The notes under the pieces were generated by a model that was given only the letters and a program-made list of their open reading frames with translations, did no database searches and was not told the origin of the DNA. From Takakia lepidozioides (Eukaryota; Plantae; Bryophyta), in the NCBI GenBank assembly GCA_030704615.1, contig CM060734.1, forward strand, positions 56,544,001 to 56,608,000: a DNA stretch of 64,000 nucleotides, given 5' to 3'. The position numbers were made by a program, and so were the translations under genes. Below, in pieces: positions 13,865-27,838 of this stretch (position 1 is the first letter of the stretch; every line of letters begins with the position of its first letter).

Positions 13865-16295
13865 TTACGCAGTGCGAACGTTATGATGACCTACAGTATT
13901 TCGTAACAAGCCCAGGGTACCTAGGCCTAAGGGCATAGAGCCTGGCTGACTGTGGCTATGACTATGGGAGCAATTAGATGAATGTGCGTGGTGACCTCTG
14001 GAGCCACCATTGGGTATGCCCATTCCACTCCTTTGGCCTTGGCCTGGCAAAACGCCATTGTCCCCAGATGATATTGACCTGTGACAGCTTGGACTCATCA
14101 GTCAGTAATCTGTGCAATCCATACAATCAAGGAAGAGAAACATCCGCATACAGCCTTTGACACCCCTGGAGACAAAGGTGTCATATCTAGAAGTAGGGAC
14201 GTACTAAGTACTAAGCAATAATTCTCTGGCCTTGAATCTTTTGCTGAATGGAAACCGCAGCCACTACAATAAAAACGTCAACATTGTTCCAACTTGAGTA
14301 CTAATCCACATCTCATGCAACAGGCCTGCACATTTGTAAAGCATACTCATTCCAGAACTCTTACCGGTGGGCCATTTGGACCATGCCTACACCATTTTGC
14401 TGAAGGGGTTGCCATGGAACTTCAATATCTTCATTATATCCATTAAGCAAGAAGTCCACGCAGTTTTTTCGAAAGCCTTGATCATATGGGTTGTGGAATC
14501 GACCATCAGCACCCTTGAGATAACTGTACCGCATCGAGTTGGCCATCTCGTTGGTAGTTATATTGCGCGCAACCTGGATAAAACGAATCATTACAAAACT
14601 AGCAGGCATGAAAGGGAACTTATTTCCACCATACCCTACAGCTTTGCCAATTCTGAGAATATGCTTGCCATAGCCTTGTTGCCATCCATGCTGTGCTCAG
14701 TTTGGACAGAGCAGCAAGGGGGTCGAACAAGGGTGGGCAAAATGAGGGTTCTACCCATGGGCGACTTCCCACCACTGTCTATTTGCTGGATGTAGCCCTT
14801 GTCACGGTGGCCAACAAGAGCCACACCATCTTCTACCAAGTTTGGTTCGGCCCTTCCACAGAAGAGCTCTTAACAATGACATGAGCCCAATTCATGCAAT
14901 AATTCAGGGCCGATGAGGACTTTGGCCTTGCCTCAAGACCAAGAAATTTCACCAAAAAGAGGGGGAGTCGAATCATTTGATTCCTGGGAAGGGAAATTTG
15001 CCAACGCCATTATCAGAAAATGGACAGATTCCTCATGGTTTGCTTTCCACCAGGATGGGGTTCATTTTTCACAGCCCAGATAACTTACTGGAGGCAGGCT
15101 TTTGTTCTCTCGACTTCAGCCTAGAGCTCACAGCATCACATGCGTTTGAGAGACATAGAGTCTTGCACAACCCTCACCCCTCTCTCCCTCTCCTTATCCA
15201 TGTGCACCCATGAGCGTGCCCGCTAACAGGGTAAACAAATTATCCCCATAGCCATTCTGATCGCCGAAGAAAAGAACCTTGCTCCCAATTGAAATGATCC
15301 CATCCTCCCCCTTGCAATGAGAGGGCAAAGTAAGGCACTTAAGCAACAAAGTGAAGTCCTCTGAAAAGCCTGGCAACTTCTCACCTACCAAATGCTCCAT
15401 AACCTACAATGATGGGAAGATGCTTAGCAGAATAGTACCTGCACGGCTTGCATGCCAGTCAGCATGGCCACCCCAAAAAGGAGGAAAAAATCAGCGAGAA
15501 GAAAGGCCAATGCTCCTGGATGTGTGGTCCCCACATGGCGGATAAAAGCTCCTGCACTTGATGGAGCTAGTGGATCCATCCAGAGCCCTGTGCCACACAG
15601 CCCCAGGATTGGTTCATGAAGCTCACCAACCCCTCCAATGATGAAACTATTAGGCCCGATTGCAGTGCAGCAGCACACACCAGTAAATGCAGATACAAAG
15701 TTAGAGCCCTCATTTCGAGATAAGCCTTCAATACTCTCAGGGTTCTAGGAATGACTTCCATGCTCAAATCCATCATCATTCAAAAGATTCTCTTAAGCAG
15801 TGCTATCCCACTGCACGGTCACATCAACCAATGCAATGCATCTAGTGTAAACATGGGAATAGTAGATCCATTTGGAGATCAGCCTGTCACTTCTAGTCAC
15901 TCCCCAAACCTAATGGTGGATCAAAATCCACTGGTACTCCTACCAACAAAACCATGAACGAACAGAAACTAAATGCTATAAAACATGTGTTCAAATAGAA
16001 CACAGGCAAGGTCTACATACGGTGAACTGTAACGCCAGCTGCTAGGGTCATGGCTGTGAGCTCCATACAAAGAAAGACAAAAAAGTCCCATTTATTGTTC
16101 TGCAAGCACTAGCAATCATGAAACTGTGTGAGAGACTGTTTCCTTGAGTGGTGAGAAATGCTGAATAGGTATACAGAATTTCTCCACCAATTACCCTCAA
16201 CACTTTTAAGTTCTGAGCACCTCCCCGACACCTTACATCAGTTGCTTAACACTAATGCCACGGTGTGATTGGCTTAGGCTACTGAACTCCAAATA

Positions 16296-16326
<31 letters not shown>

Positions 16327-19300
16327 CTTTTGTAATTGTATTTTTTATATAAGCTCAACAAAAAGTCTCAGAAAATGCTACTGTAAAACAACTAGTTAAA
16401 AATTCAATGAAAGCAGTTTGGGAGCCAGGACACATGGAGGATTCAAGGGTGACACCTTGCCAACACAATTGGAAATCCACGGGCAGTGATGGTCAAATTG
16501 ATCTACACAGCGGTTGCATGATGAGCAGTGCTTTGATCGAGGTGGCCTCACTATCTGCAATAATTCATCAATATCCAAATCCTGTCACAAATTAGCCTCT
16601 GAATCTAAGAGACTCATCTGGATATTGCCATGAGCTCGACAATCTGTTTACAGGTGATTGAGCTTGGAACAAACTTCCAGTTTGGTCGCACCGTGGCATG
16701 TAGAAAGGTAAAATGTAGTCAAAATGCAGACCAGTTTGTCCAAATTAACAGTTATGGAAACAAAACAGAAACACACCTTGCAAGTGGGGCACAACTGCGA
16801 CCAATAGCCAGCCCACAGCGCTGGGTTGCTCAAATCACCCTTCAATAGAGGCTCCTGTCACATCAGAAGACACCTCCATTATGTGTGTAACACAAAGCAA
16901 TCATGCACCTTCCCATCTCTCTGCCACCAAACCTGACCATGGGAACAACCTTCACCCTAGAAGCCTGACAATTCTTGGGATTAGATCCAATTAAGCTCTG
17001 CTAGTACTCCACAATCAAGAACAATCATCATCACATGCACAAATTCCTAGCGTGGAATCCAAAGGACCTAACCACTTTGTATCCGTGGGATGATGAAGTG
17101 GAGTAAGTAGCACCACTCACATCTGCACCCTTCCGGCTGAGTAGTTGCTGACCACGTATAGGACTGATGTACCCTGGATCCTTACTGTCAAGATAAAATA
17201 ATTCTTGTCAAATCATCAACACTTCCATGCATCTGCCCACCAACATGATGACTGCTTCCATACTTGTCTATTGTAACTAACCCCTACAGAGCTGGCATAC
17301 ACCATCCCGGGTTCCGTCATCATTCACAAAATATTAAGCTAATACTGAACTATTCATAGATACAGTAGGCGTTTCATAATTAAGCAGTGTACTGTTGGCT
17401 ATGCAGTATGTCTATATTTGTCATTCGTTTGATTTGCGATCGGACTGGTGCTTGACAAGCCAGAGGCACACATTTACACCATGGGCCCAATAAATCAAGT
17501 TAGAGACAAGACAGCACACAGGACAGCAGTTATGCAATATGCAAAAGTGACTTCCGGTTTCAAGCTTCACTATGTACGACTACTGCCCCCTGTGTAAGGA
17601 TGATCACATCACTAGAAGGCTTTCTCATACTTAGAATGTAGGATTACCTCAATGACTGCGTAGTCTTAAACGCATATGATGGCCTACCTGGTACACCGAT
17701 AGAGTAGGAAGAGTCCCCCTGTGGCCAGCAACACAACAATACATGCCCAGAATCCATCCCCAGCCGTAATCCTTAACAAAGCCTGCGCTGCACACCCCAA
17801 GCCATGCACCACATAAGGGTTCAATTGCCATTTTATGATGCTAAATGTTTACTAAGTTTTCCAAACCAACAATGTCCTAACACTCCCAACCAGAAAGAGA
17901 ATAAACAGCTGCTCACTAAGTTCCTTTATGTGTCACGGAGCTCTTAAGGAGCCAAAAGATTGCAAATGCAATTCTAGAAACGCAAGTCTGGAACTTAGAC
18001 TGCCTACTAGCAGATGATCAGTAACCTGGTGGCAGTAAGAAGTCACCAGTTGCAGAACTGAGAGGTGACTTACAATTAATAACAGAGTTAATAAAGGTAA
18101 GGACCAAGCTGATGATGATCAGCCAGAGGACAGGGGCCAGGCCCAACTTTGCAAGCTTGCTTATCCACCCCTTGTCATCCCACCGGTTGTTGAAGACCCT
18201 TCGCGCATTTGACTGTGCAAATGCCCGCATATCAAATGACCACATCAACCAGACTTGCACCAAAAAGTCCTCATTGTGATTAAACCAACCAATAAGACAG
18301 CAATAATCAGTGAATGACATTGCCATTAGCAGTCCTGACTGATTGCAGTATTAGTGCGTGTTGGGGCATTCAGTAGAGGTTTGAAGAAGCGTGATGATGG
18401 TTGCGACAGATGCCTTGAGCAGAAGGAAAGGTTGAGAACTGACAAGGAAAAGCGCAACATGACGGTGGCCTTTGTCAGAGGCCAACTGTGCTGGGGTGCA
18501 TTTGGTGGCCTCAGTGGCCATGAGGTCGTCAAGGGTGCCTGCCTGCACAAGCACAGTGCACGCCTCCAGGTTGCCTCGTATAGCCGCCCAGTGCAATGGT
18601 GTGCACCCTGCCACACAATCACCCCACTGTGTGCTCAATTATCTTAACAAGGCATCTATTTGGGCATTTTTGACAGTATGATCTACCCAACTCTGCACCC
18701 AAATTGCTGATTGGCCAATAAAATTTGGATGAACCTCTGCACTAGGTGAACACATCAATATCTTACTCTGCTAACCCAAAAGGGCAGCCTGACAGCTCCG
18801 TGTGGACCATGCAATGCAACAGCCTAAACACAGCATTGTGCTCCTGCACATGTACCTTCTTTATCTGCTCGATTTAGGTAGGCATCCATAAAAAGAAGAA
18901 GTCGTATGGAATCTGCAAATCCTTTGTAGGCAGCCCTGCCATCCAGTTGGAACACAACCTCAATACCTAGTCCTACGAAACAGTGGACTATACAGCTCCT
19001 CCTCTCAAGACCAAGATAATATAACCATCTCCTTGGTACACTCCCAGCTCCATCAGCAAAAAGCAAGCAGCAAAAGCCAGTGAGGTGCAAGATGGATATG
19101 TTCCATCCTCGAAACAGTCAGATCCACATTGACTAACCCCCATGGATGATCACAATCGTTGTTGAAAACAGAGCCTAGAGAATGTGTAACACATGCCTTC
19201 TCAAAATAGTGTCCAGCATCACTTTGCTGTTGTCATTCACCCCAGCATCTCTACGGACAAAAAGCAACGGAGTTTCTGGGGAAGTCACTAGCAGACTGAA

Positions 19301-21845
19301 CTGTAGAAAGGTGTTCAATGCGACATCATAAGGCTTAATGCATACACAACCAGTCCAATGAACATATCTGGCTATTGTTGCAGAATGGACAGAACTGCCA
19401 CCCACCAATGCAAAGGGCTTCGGCCATCATTGTCGGGGGCATCCACTTCTGCACCCCATTTAGTGACAATGTGATAAAGCAGTGCCGTGTGCCCATACTG
19501 CGCTGCCACATGACTTGTCTGCAGGACCAGCAGGCTACGCAATCAGTAAACTAGCCTACTAACAAAACCTTATAACAACATTGCTCAGCTTTAGGTCTGG
19601 GCTTTCAATGTAACATATATGCCCTTCACAATCCAAAATTTTAAATTATCCAAATCGAAAACTTGCAGCAGATTATAGGTTTCAGTAAGAGTAGAAAGAG
19701 ATGCATGGTCCAGCCATAAACTCACCAAGATCTAAGATCATCGCTAAGAACAAACTGCCGAGACCACCACCCCATCACATAGTTGAAACCAACCTTACTC
19801 ACCAGACAGGAATTTTGACCATCACTTACAATGCTGCCCTTTCATTAAAAAGAGTTGATAACATTTAACACACCCGATATCCATGTGAATCAGCATACTC
19901 GAGGCGTGCTCCATTCTGGAGCAGAAGTTCTGCCACCTGGATCGATCCCCGAACTGCTGTCCAATGAAGTGCAGTTTGCCCAGTGAAGTCTGCAGCGTTT
20001 ATCTCTGCTCCATGCTGCACATACAGCCCAAACCAAACAGAGCATGCCATTCATCAACCATACATGGTTGCTTACATCCAGTTGTTAGCCACCGAACACT
20101 CTAATTGGATAAAGAATGTACTCATGAGACGTTAGTTGCCATAGCCTTGTGGCCATAGACCCCATTCCCAGTTTGGGCAGAAAAAGAGGGAACAGACACA
20201 ACCTTTGTGCGGGGCTCACTTCAGTAGTGGGACTTACCTTGATATAAGGAATCAGTTCAGGCTTTCAGATTTCTCTACAAAGCCCTTCACACAAGCATCA
20301 ATCTGCTGTGTGTAAGCTGCCCAGCAATTATAGTCCTACAGGGCCAAGGCTTTAGGCTCAGCCTCGAGAATTTGAAAGTTGGTGAACAGAGGTACAGGTA
20401 CCATGTTCTTGATGATTCTGAGGAGGAGGGTCACTCTGTGATGAGAATAACCCAGACATTTTATCGGAAAATGGATATTGTCTGCAGGCCACCCACACCT
20501 CAGGCATTGACAATCTCCTTGACCTCCTTGCATCTGTTTATTGTTCAAACGGGTAAACTCCCAACAAATTCAGGGGAGTTTTGGGCTTGTTTTGTTCAGC
20601 GTTCTTCCTGCTTCCGACATGGCCTTAGACACTTCAGCCTCCAAGTCAGCTTCATGTAGCAGGCTCAGTTCTTCCTGCCTAATTGTCAGATACTTGAAAT
20701 CCCCCTCTTAACCTTTTCCACCAGGATTTAGTTCTCTAAGCACCGAAAGCTGACTGAATTCTAAGGGTTTAACTGGTTGGAGTTGCCCTCACACACGGTA
20801 GATGCGCACTCCAAGTTAGGCCTAATAACATTGCAAAGCATGGTCCTTTTAACTTCAATGTTAATCCTTCTGCAGTGGAAGAATTGAGTGAGACCCAAAG
20901 CTTTGCGATCAACAGACACAGATAGGGGTAAACATTGCTTCATAACTGGCAGTGCATGCAGCAGTACCCAGTAAACCTCACTCCCCAGATATTCTCTCTT
21001 ACAGTGAAGCTTTGGTGTTCCCCCCACCTTGTCTCCACATAGCTGTACAGCAAACTAGACAGGCAGCTGCCAAAATAGCATGGCACAGGTTTGCAGCAAA
21101 GGTATAGAGGGAGAAAGCCGCTTCTTCTGACTGAACGCCCTTTTGAAGATGCAAACATAACTTCCAGAGGGTAGTTGAACTTAGAAAAGTAACTTGACAG
21201 TATAATCGCTTGGACCATTGCGCACTGATGTGAATCCACAGTGAGGTGAGTGTTAATACTGCCCTGGCTTAGCAAGCCAAGAGTACCAGGTGAAGCCAAA
21301 AGTCACATCAGTTCCCCCATTCAAAGCCAAACGGAGAGTGACAACTTATATCGAATGGCAGCGAGGTAATCAGGTTCGCCCAGTTCTTGTTGAGAGGAAT
21401 TGCGTAAGGAGAATCCAAACCTGATTGTCAACCTATGAATACCTCTACGTATTCCCAACCTGCGCCTCACTCCTTCCGTCTCTCCGGCAACCAAAAGAGT
21501 TGACACTGGTAGGGGACGTCAGTGGAGCTTTCTAATGTTTCAGCCCACTGTGCCTGAGCTCCTTTAAAGGGGGGAGGGGGAAACCTCGAGAAGGTACTGA
21601 GCGGCAGCAGTCCGATTGTTGAGCGCACTCCACTGAAGCGCGTAGTAGCCTCCTGCATCGGGATTCGACACCGAGCACCCGTCTTGCTCAACCAGTCTCC
21701 GCAGTTTGTCGATATCTCCATATGCAGCTGCTGTATAGACGTCATCTTTTTGTGTTTCCTCTTCCTCAATTTTCAGTACAGCATCTACTGCGTTCCCATT
21801 CTCTCTGAGTGGCCCCTCTGTGACTACCTCGATCTCCGAAGCCAT
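13865..21845 (-). CDS. PAT24: Ankyrin-repeat DHHC protein S-acyltransferase (PAT24/TIP1-like)
   Basis: Starts MASEIEVV. Ankyrin exons include [34 protein letters not shown] and [11 protein letters not shown]. The DHHC-CRD reads [33 protein letters not shown] (about 16456-16554). Also [11 protein letters not shown]...[11 protein letters not shown] and a His/Ser-rich tail ending in PLGLGTLGL. Stop codon at 13865-13867. Confidence 0.93.
16299..16326. repeat. (TTA)n microsatellite in an intron
   Basis: About 9 uninterrupted TTA units. Confidence 0.9.
20143..20311. repeat. Interspersed intronic repeat, copy 2
   Basis: Similar to 1607-1780; lies in intron 1 of the PAT gene. Confidence 0.75.
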
Positions 21846-23502
21846 CGTCAAAAAATCTTACACAAAGAAGTGTGATTAGTGCATATCCTCCCCGTGGCTC
21901 TCCCAAATTAGGGTTCAGTTGGGGCAATCCTTACTAATAAACAGGACAAGTCCACAGGAGAGGAAAGGGATCCAAAATCAAAACCTTCTCCCGTTCTTCA
22001 CTGATTGCAGCAGATGGAAGAACCTTAGTGAGGATCTGATTTTCTACTTGCAGAGAACTTGAATGTTGTCAGAGTCCTCTTCAATAAAATTTCATAGCCG
22101 ACACTCACCAGTGAACTACTTGATCATTGCCGGAGCCCTCAAAAATTGTCAGGCTGAAATCCCCATCTCGCCATTGACCTCCCTCCCTACATCACAAGAA
22201 ATCTGCAACTGTCTACAGACTTTCTCTTTCTCGTTGTGTGATCGACACCAAGAGACCCAATAATTGTTCTCTTTTCCTTCCTTTATTACACTCTTTCTTT
22301 GTTTTTCTTTCCATTTTGTCAACACTATTCCAGCTGCAAGGACGGCGAAGTTTCGTACATGGAAATTGACCATTTGAAGATAAGAGTCTAGAATCTAGAA
22401 CACCCATCAACGCCAACGTCAACACCGTTTCTTTCCTATGCCTCTATCGTAAGTAGTTTGCAGCGGTCCCTTTGTGGCCTGCGCAGAGCTGTCGATAAAC
22501 GCGTGAGTTTGCATGCCCACATCTGCGTCGAGTCTTGGTGGAAGGAGCACATCATGTTCTTAGGATTCAAGTCAGAAACAGCTTTCACGTTCACTGCGGG
22601 AGACTGAGGGGGAGGCCATCACACAAGCTCAACTACATATGAGTCACTCCTGCAGTTAGACACAACTGTGAAGATTGACAGCATAGCACTTGTGGAAGCT
22701 GGCATGTTTGAGAAACAAAGAAAAACATTGTCCCATTTACAGGAAGCTCGATGTTGCAAGGAGATGCACTCCATAAACCACCTCCCGCCCCGCACCTGGT
22801 TTGGACAGACATGAGAGGAAGGGAAGAATGGTTGAAAGTAGCATGTGGGGCAGGTTTGTGGTTTCTACCACCAACGTATGGGAACTCAGCCTGAAATGTT
22901 ATGCAGCTTGAACACGGCCATGAAAGACAATAGGAGCTTGTCAACTATTCCCATAGCTACTGATACACTGGTACAGCCCAGCGTTGGTGGCATGTGCCAC
23001 AGCTGGTCATTGCGATTCGGCACATGGTTAAGCCAAGCAGCTGCGTTCACATTCTTTCTACTGCTCCAGTTACACCAGACGCATGCACAAATTTCAGACC
23101 AAGTTTGGTAAACAACGTGCTGAACACCATCAACTCACCGTGAACCTTGTTCAGTACAGCATTTCAAACACTACTGCAAACTTATGGTGCGTGAGAAATC
23201 AAAACCATATGTGAATTCAGGAAGCACCGAACACAGCACTACTCCCTTGGGGAGAAGTGCTTACACACTGTACATCCAGCCACTCTTCTACAGAAATTCT
23301 AATGTCCAAATGCCATCACTCCCTTGGGGAGACTGTACATCCAGCCACTCTTCTACAGAAATTCTAATGTCCAGATCCCATCACTCCCTTGGTGTTTTGA
23401 ATTTGAGCTTCCATGATGCATGTCATTGTAATAATGTCCTGCAGAAGTTTCAAATCACTGATTGACTAAAAATCTCTCCCTCTGAAACTTACTTCCTGAT
23501 TT

Positions 23503-25258
23503 TCAAGCAACCTTGTTGTAGGTTCCAGACTTGATATATGACAAGTTCAAATCTGCACCATATGCAACAGACATCACCCGCACTTGTTCATCACTCACCA
23601 CCCATGTCACATAGAAAGCGAAGTCCTTGCCCACAGCAGCCTCTTTGGGTGTAAACACAGTCACATTGTTAGGCAAATACAGTAGGGTATAGCCCTCAGC
23701 TTCTTCCTCAGTCAGACCCCCTCTGAATCCTTGCCAGACAGCCTCTCGCCTTGTCCAAACTAAAGCTGGAGTTATACTCTCTTCCTTGCCACGGTACGTA
23801 CCCTTTGGTTCCTCCCTGCTTGTCTCAAGCGGCGGGGACCTGTCACAGCAGTAACGTTGTTACCAAACCTCACAAACAAGGATTATAATGGCTTTGATGG
23901 GCTCTGCTGAGAGGTAGAGACCAACTCATATGTCCCTCATCCTTGTCATAGAAAGAGATGCACAAAGATCTTAAACCCAATTAACAGGCTTTGCCCTCTT
24001 GAGTCCGTCCTGCATTTGTAATCTGGACTGTCACTAATATGCCCGGTGACCTAAATTCGGTACACTGATAGAAACACAGAATTAAGTGCAGAGTCTCCAC
24101 AGATCGTCACTTGCTCCAACATGCAACTTGCTCTCAGAAAGGCTTGTGGAGTACATCTGGGAGACTTACAAGAACTGTGCCATGTATGCCTGCGGTTCCA
24201 TGGTGGCCATGAGGGAGACGAGAGTCTTTTAAGGGTGGGAAAGGGCCCACAATTCCTTTCCTCGATCATTGCAGCACACTACTATTAAATTCCAGACAGG
24301 GGAGTGTTTGCCATAGCAAAGAGCATATGGTAGTACTGACCTCTGATGGCACCATAAAGTCCCATTCCAAGAGGAGTCCGGGCGCACATCACTGTCTCGG
24401 GTCTCCTCTAGCAGAAGTGCAACGCCAAGCTTTCCTTGACTGTCATAACCAACTGGTACAGTGAACCGTTTCTCTGGGCCTGGAAAAGGAAACTCATCAT
24501 GTCAATCTTCCTGCAGAATATTCCACTGACGGTCATAGAGATGTCATCTGCATGATACCAAAGACCAGTAGGCCAATCCTGGATCACTCCATTGTCTGCG
24601 CCGAGTATGGCCAAACAGATGTATTTCATGATCGGCACCCTAGAAACACCACCAGCTACATATGTATCTCACCAAATGCAATTTTGAACCACGTGGAATG
24701 CAGTAAGTCACTGAAGAAACTAATTGAGCTACTGTTGAACCAGAGGAGGCCATGGACACAACTCCTGGGGAAGGAGAGATCTGATTCCAAAGCCTTACTT
24801 GCCATAAAGAATGGTTCGCTGAAGATGACTGACTTCGCATCATTAGGTTTCAGGTACATCTGAATCCAACCCAGGTCTCCAGATGGAAACAACAGAATTC
24901 GGTGGTCGATTGAATTGGGGTGCCAAATTCCATCTGGCAAAGAATGCTCCTTCTCGCTCATTTCCCACGGCCCATATTCCCAACTCACATTGGGACCAAA
25001 GCCAGTGGCGTCATACCACTGATTGCGATGAAATAGCTTTGTTCTCTCCTTATCAACTGCCTGCAGCGAGCGGACAGACTTGTAGGTCTTGGCACACTCA
25101 AGGGAATCTGAAGGAACCCAATTGGTCCAGTAGCCATGCCAGTGCTTCCAGTGTGTATCAGCCTGCCAGTACCATATGTCATGCGGCGTCACCTGCTCCA
25201 CAGTCTCTGGCCCAACCCCCAAACCATCGGGCATTTTCCAATTTGTTGACGGATTCGC
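23503..25258 (-). CDS. DUF3598/BFA1-like beta-barrel protein gene (5' end uncertain)
   Basis: Three exons splice in frame: 25258-24799 (WKHWHGYWTNW...VRSLQ...LLFPSGDLGW...EPFFMA), 24479-24341 (SPEKRFTVPVGYDSQGKLGVALLLEE) and 23839-23503 (LLYLPNNVTVFTPK...FYVTWVVSDEQVRVMSVAYG..., stop). The family call is from motif resemblance only. Confidence 0.6.
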
Positions 25259-26504
25259 CTGTCAAAATCAGTGTGTGGATGTCAGAGCGACCTCACTATT
25301 AGTACCAAATTGGACTTGAACTGCCCCACTGCAAGGAACAAGAAGACAACCATAATAGCCACCTCCCACTGCCTGCTTTCACAGCATATCTGCAATTTGA
25401 AAGGGGGTGAAAGTGAACAGGGCAGTGAAAAGGACCTCCGAGAGCGTTGCCATTGCGTTTTTGTCGCTGCGGTACTTTTTGTTCGCCGAATGCTTGATTC
25501 CTGTCTCCGTATCACAGCTCAGTTAAGACAAATTTGAACTATATCACACAGTGCCGAGCAAAAGTTCTTCCTAGCCAAGGTGATTATAATTTGACAGCCC
25601 ACCCTCCACTGGAGAGCCACGCTCAATTGATTCGTTGAATCAATCGGAAGAGTTTTCAAGGGGGACAGCTGATGGACTTTCTCAAGTTGATCAAAGACTC
25701 TGAGATCTGAGACACCAACGCTACCGACTTCAAGTTTAAAATCTCCACAGACCACTGAAGAGGAATCTCAACTCGTGGTCAAGGTAGAAACCTGATGAAA
25801 TTATGGGTGTAGTTGCTCCACAAAGGAATCGGCATGAAAGTGATGATCCCCTGAAAGCAACTGGATCCCCGCAACTTGTTGGAACCACCCAAGTGGATGA
25901 GGCCGCCTGAAGCCGCAGTGAGGCCATGAATCGGCTCAACCCCCAAAGTCAGTTGAGTGAAAATCACTCTTGTGTTGCTCTCACACGCCCACGATTCAGT
26001 GCAGCTCACCGTGGCGCCGTCATCCTCCACCTCAGCCCGGGCCCGCTGCTCAGGACTCCAAATTGGCTCTTTTATACTCTGCCCGCAAGGAATCAGAAGA
26101 GAGGAGTCAACATCTTGAAAGCACATTGTGTTGGATTGGAAGCAGGACAAGCAAGTTGTAGCCCAATAGCAATGGGCACACGCCACCTTGGAAGTGGTTG
26201 TGGACTCAATCCACTGATTGGTGTCACAAAGGTGTCCACCTTCCTTGGGGGTAGGCATTAGCCCTTTAGACACCATCATTTACGCTTCCTTCGGTGTCAT
26301 ATAGGCTTTCATTTGAAGATTAACTAGGGTAGCCTGTGCCGTTGGCCCAAGTGTCCCCTGTCATGTAAGCCCAAGTGCAATCTCCTATGTATCCAAGTGT
26401 GTCTCCTATGTCAAGGCCCAAGTGCGACCTCTAAGGTAGCTTGTGCTGTTGGCCGAAGTGTCCAGTGTCATCTAAGTCCCATAGGAAGGCCTTCGAGGGC
26501 CACT

Positions 26505-26995
26505 GCCCCCTACATGCCCTCATTGGGGACCAAGGCTTGGGAGACCAAACCAGGGAGGATGGAATCCAGGAGGCACCCCTTGGGGACAAGAATGTATATC
26601 AGCAGGGGGCCTTGGAGGACCAAATCATGGAGGGCCCCCTACATGCCCTCATTGGGGACCAAGGCTTGGGAGACCAAACCAGGGAGGATGGAATCCAGGA
26701 GGCACCCCTTGGGGACAAGAATGTATATCAGCAGGGGGCCTTGGAGGACCAAATCATGGAGGGCCGGCGTCTTGGGGATCATGATGTATACCACCAGGAG
26801 GCCTTGGAGGAGCAGATCTTGGAGCTGACCCCCCTTGGGGACCATGACGTCTACCACCGGGAGGCCCTGGAGGGCCAGCTCCTGGTGGCCCCACTTCAGG
26901 ACCATGAGTTCCACCACCCGGAGGCCTTGCAGGACCAACCCCTGGTGGCCCTCCTTCAGGACCATGAGTTCCACCACCCGGAGGCCCTGGAGGCG
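26505..26995. repeat. GC-rich minisatellite: exact 129-bp duplication followed by degenerate 57-60-bp units
   Basis: 26505-26633 is repeated at 26634-26762. Later units read ccccttggggaccatga...gaggccttggagg. Confidence 0.85.
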
Positions 26996-26999
26996 ACCA

Positions 27000-27330
27000 T
27001 GTGGTCCATTACCACCTCCATAATCTGGTGTAGAATTATCTTCATTGACTCTGTCTTGTAATAATGCAGCAAACCCTTCTTTTTTTGTGCCAATCCGAGT
27101 TCCCAAAGCATGTAATATCCGGCTTTTTGGAAGATTAGATGGTGAAAACTTTCAATTGGTGTTTGCACATATTTCCTCGTTGTGACAAATGGCATGTGCA
27201 ACATGCCCACTCAAAGTCTGGATTGCAAATAATATAGTCACGCCCAATAAAATGAGTACTGCAAACACGTGCAGGTTTGCCTTGGATGAACATCCCTGTA
27301 TTATCTATTGGTGGCAATTCTACAAAACCA
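27000..27330 (-). pseudogene. SWIM zinc-finger fragment of a decayed MULE transposase
   Basis: YIICNPDFEWACCTCHLSQRGNMCKHQLKV has the CxCx(n)CxH SWIM pattern. It resembles the SWIM of the transposase at 51070-51200. Confidence 0.7.
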
Positions 27331-27838
27331 TTGATTCCATTGATTCCATTGCTGAAAAATGCCTCTCAACATAAGCCAATCAACTCGCATTCCAATAAGA
27401 TTTCATTTGGATATTAGATACCTACTGATCCTTAGGCTTCCATGATATGCTTCCACTCCAGCATTTGTATTCTGGTTTGCATGGGGGAAATGTCCAACGG
27501 ACCAAAAAAAGCCCATTCGTGCGCGAATGTGGTATCCTTGTATTTACCCCCTAAGCGACGATGAGACCTCTTTTTGGATTTTGGGACAAAACCGGGACCC
27601 ACCCTCACACGTTAGCCTGTAGCTACCTACCCCGATCATCCACCGTAAGTCATACTTGCACAAGCACCCCAAATTCACCGTTTTGTTTGGGAGATTATAA
27701 TAATTGAAAATAGTGCATTTTTTGGATAAATGAAAAACAAAAACCAAAACTTCATGTTTGACCAACCAAAAAATCAATGTTGCAAAATTTTGCTAGGAGA
27801 AAAAGTGCCATATTCTAGTGTAGTGCTGCATCCCAAAC

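Noticed and set aside
23241-23392. 65-bp tandem duplication downstream of the DUF3598-like gene
   Set aside because: Real but an ordinary local duplication in a probable 3' UTR, with no sign of function.
25736-26279. ORFs of 166 aa (-) and 111 aa (+)
   Set aside because: No recognisable domain or splice link to neighbouring genes; probably a degraded repeat.
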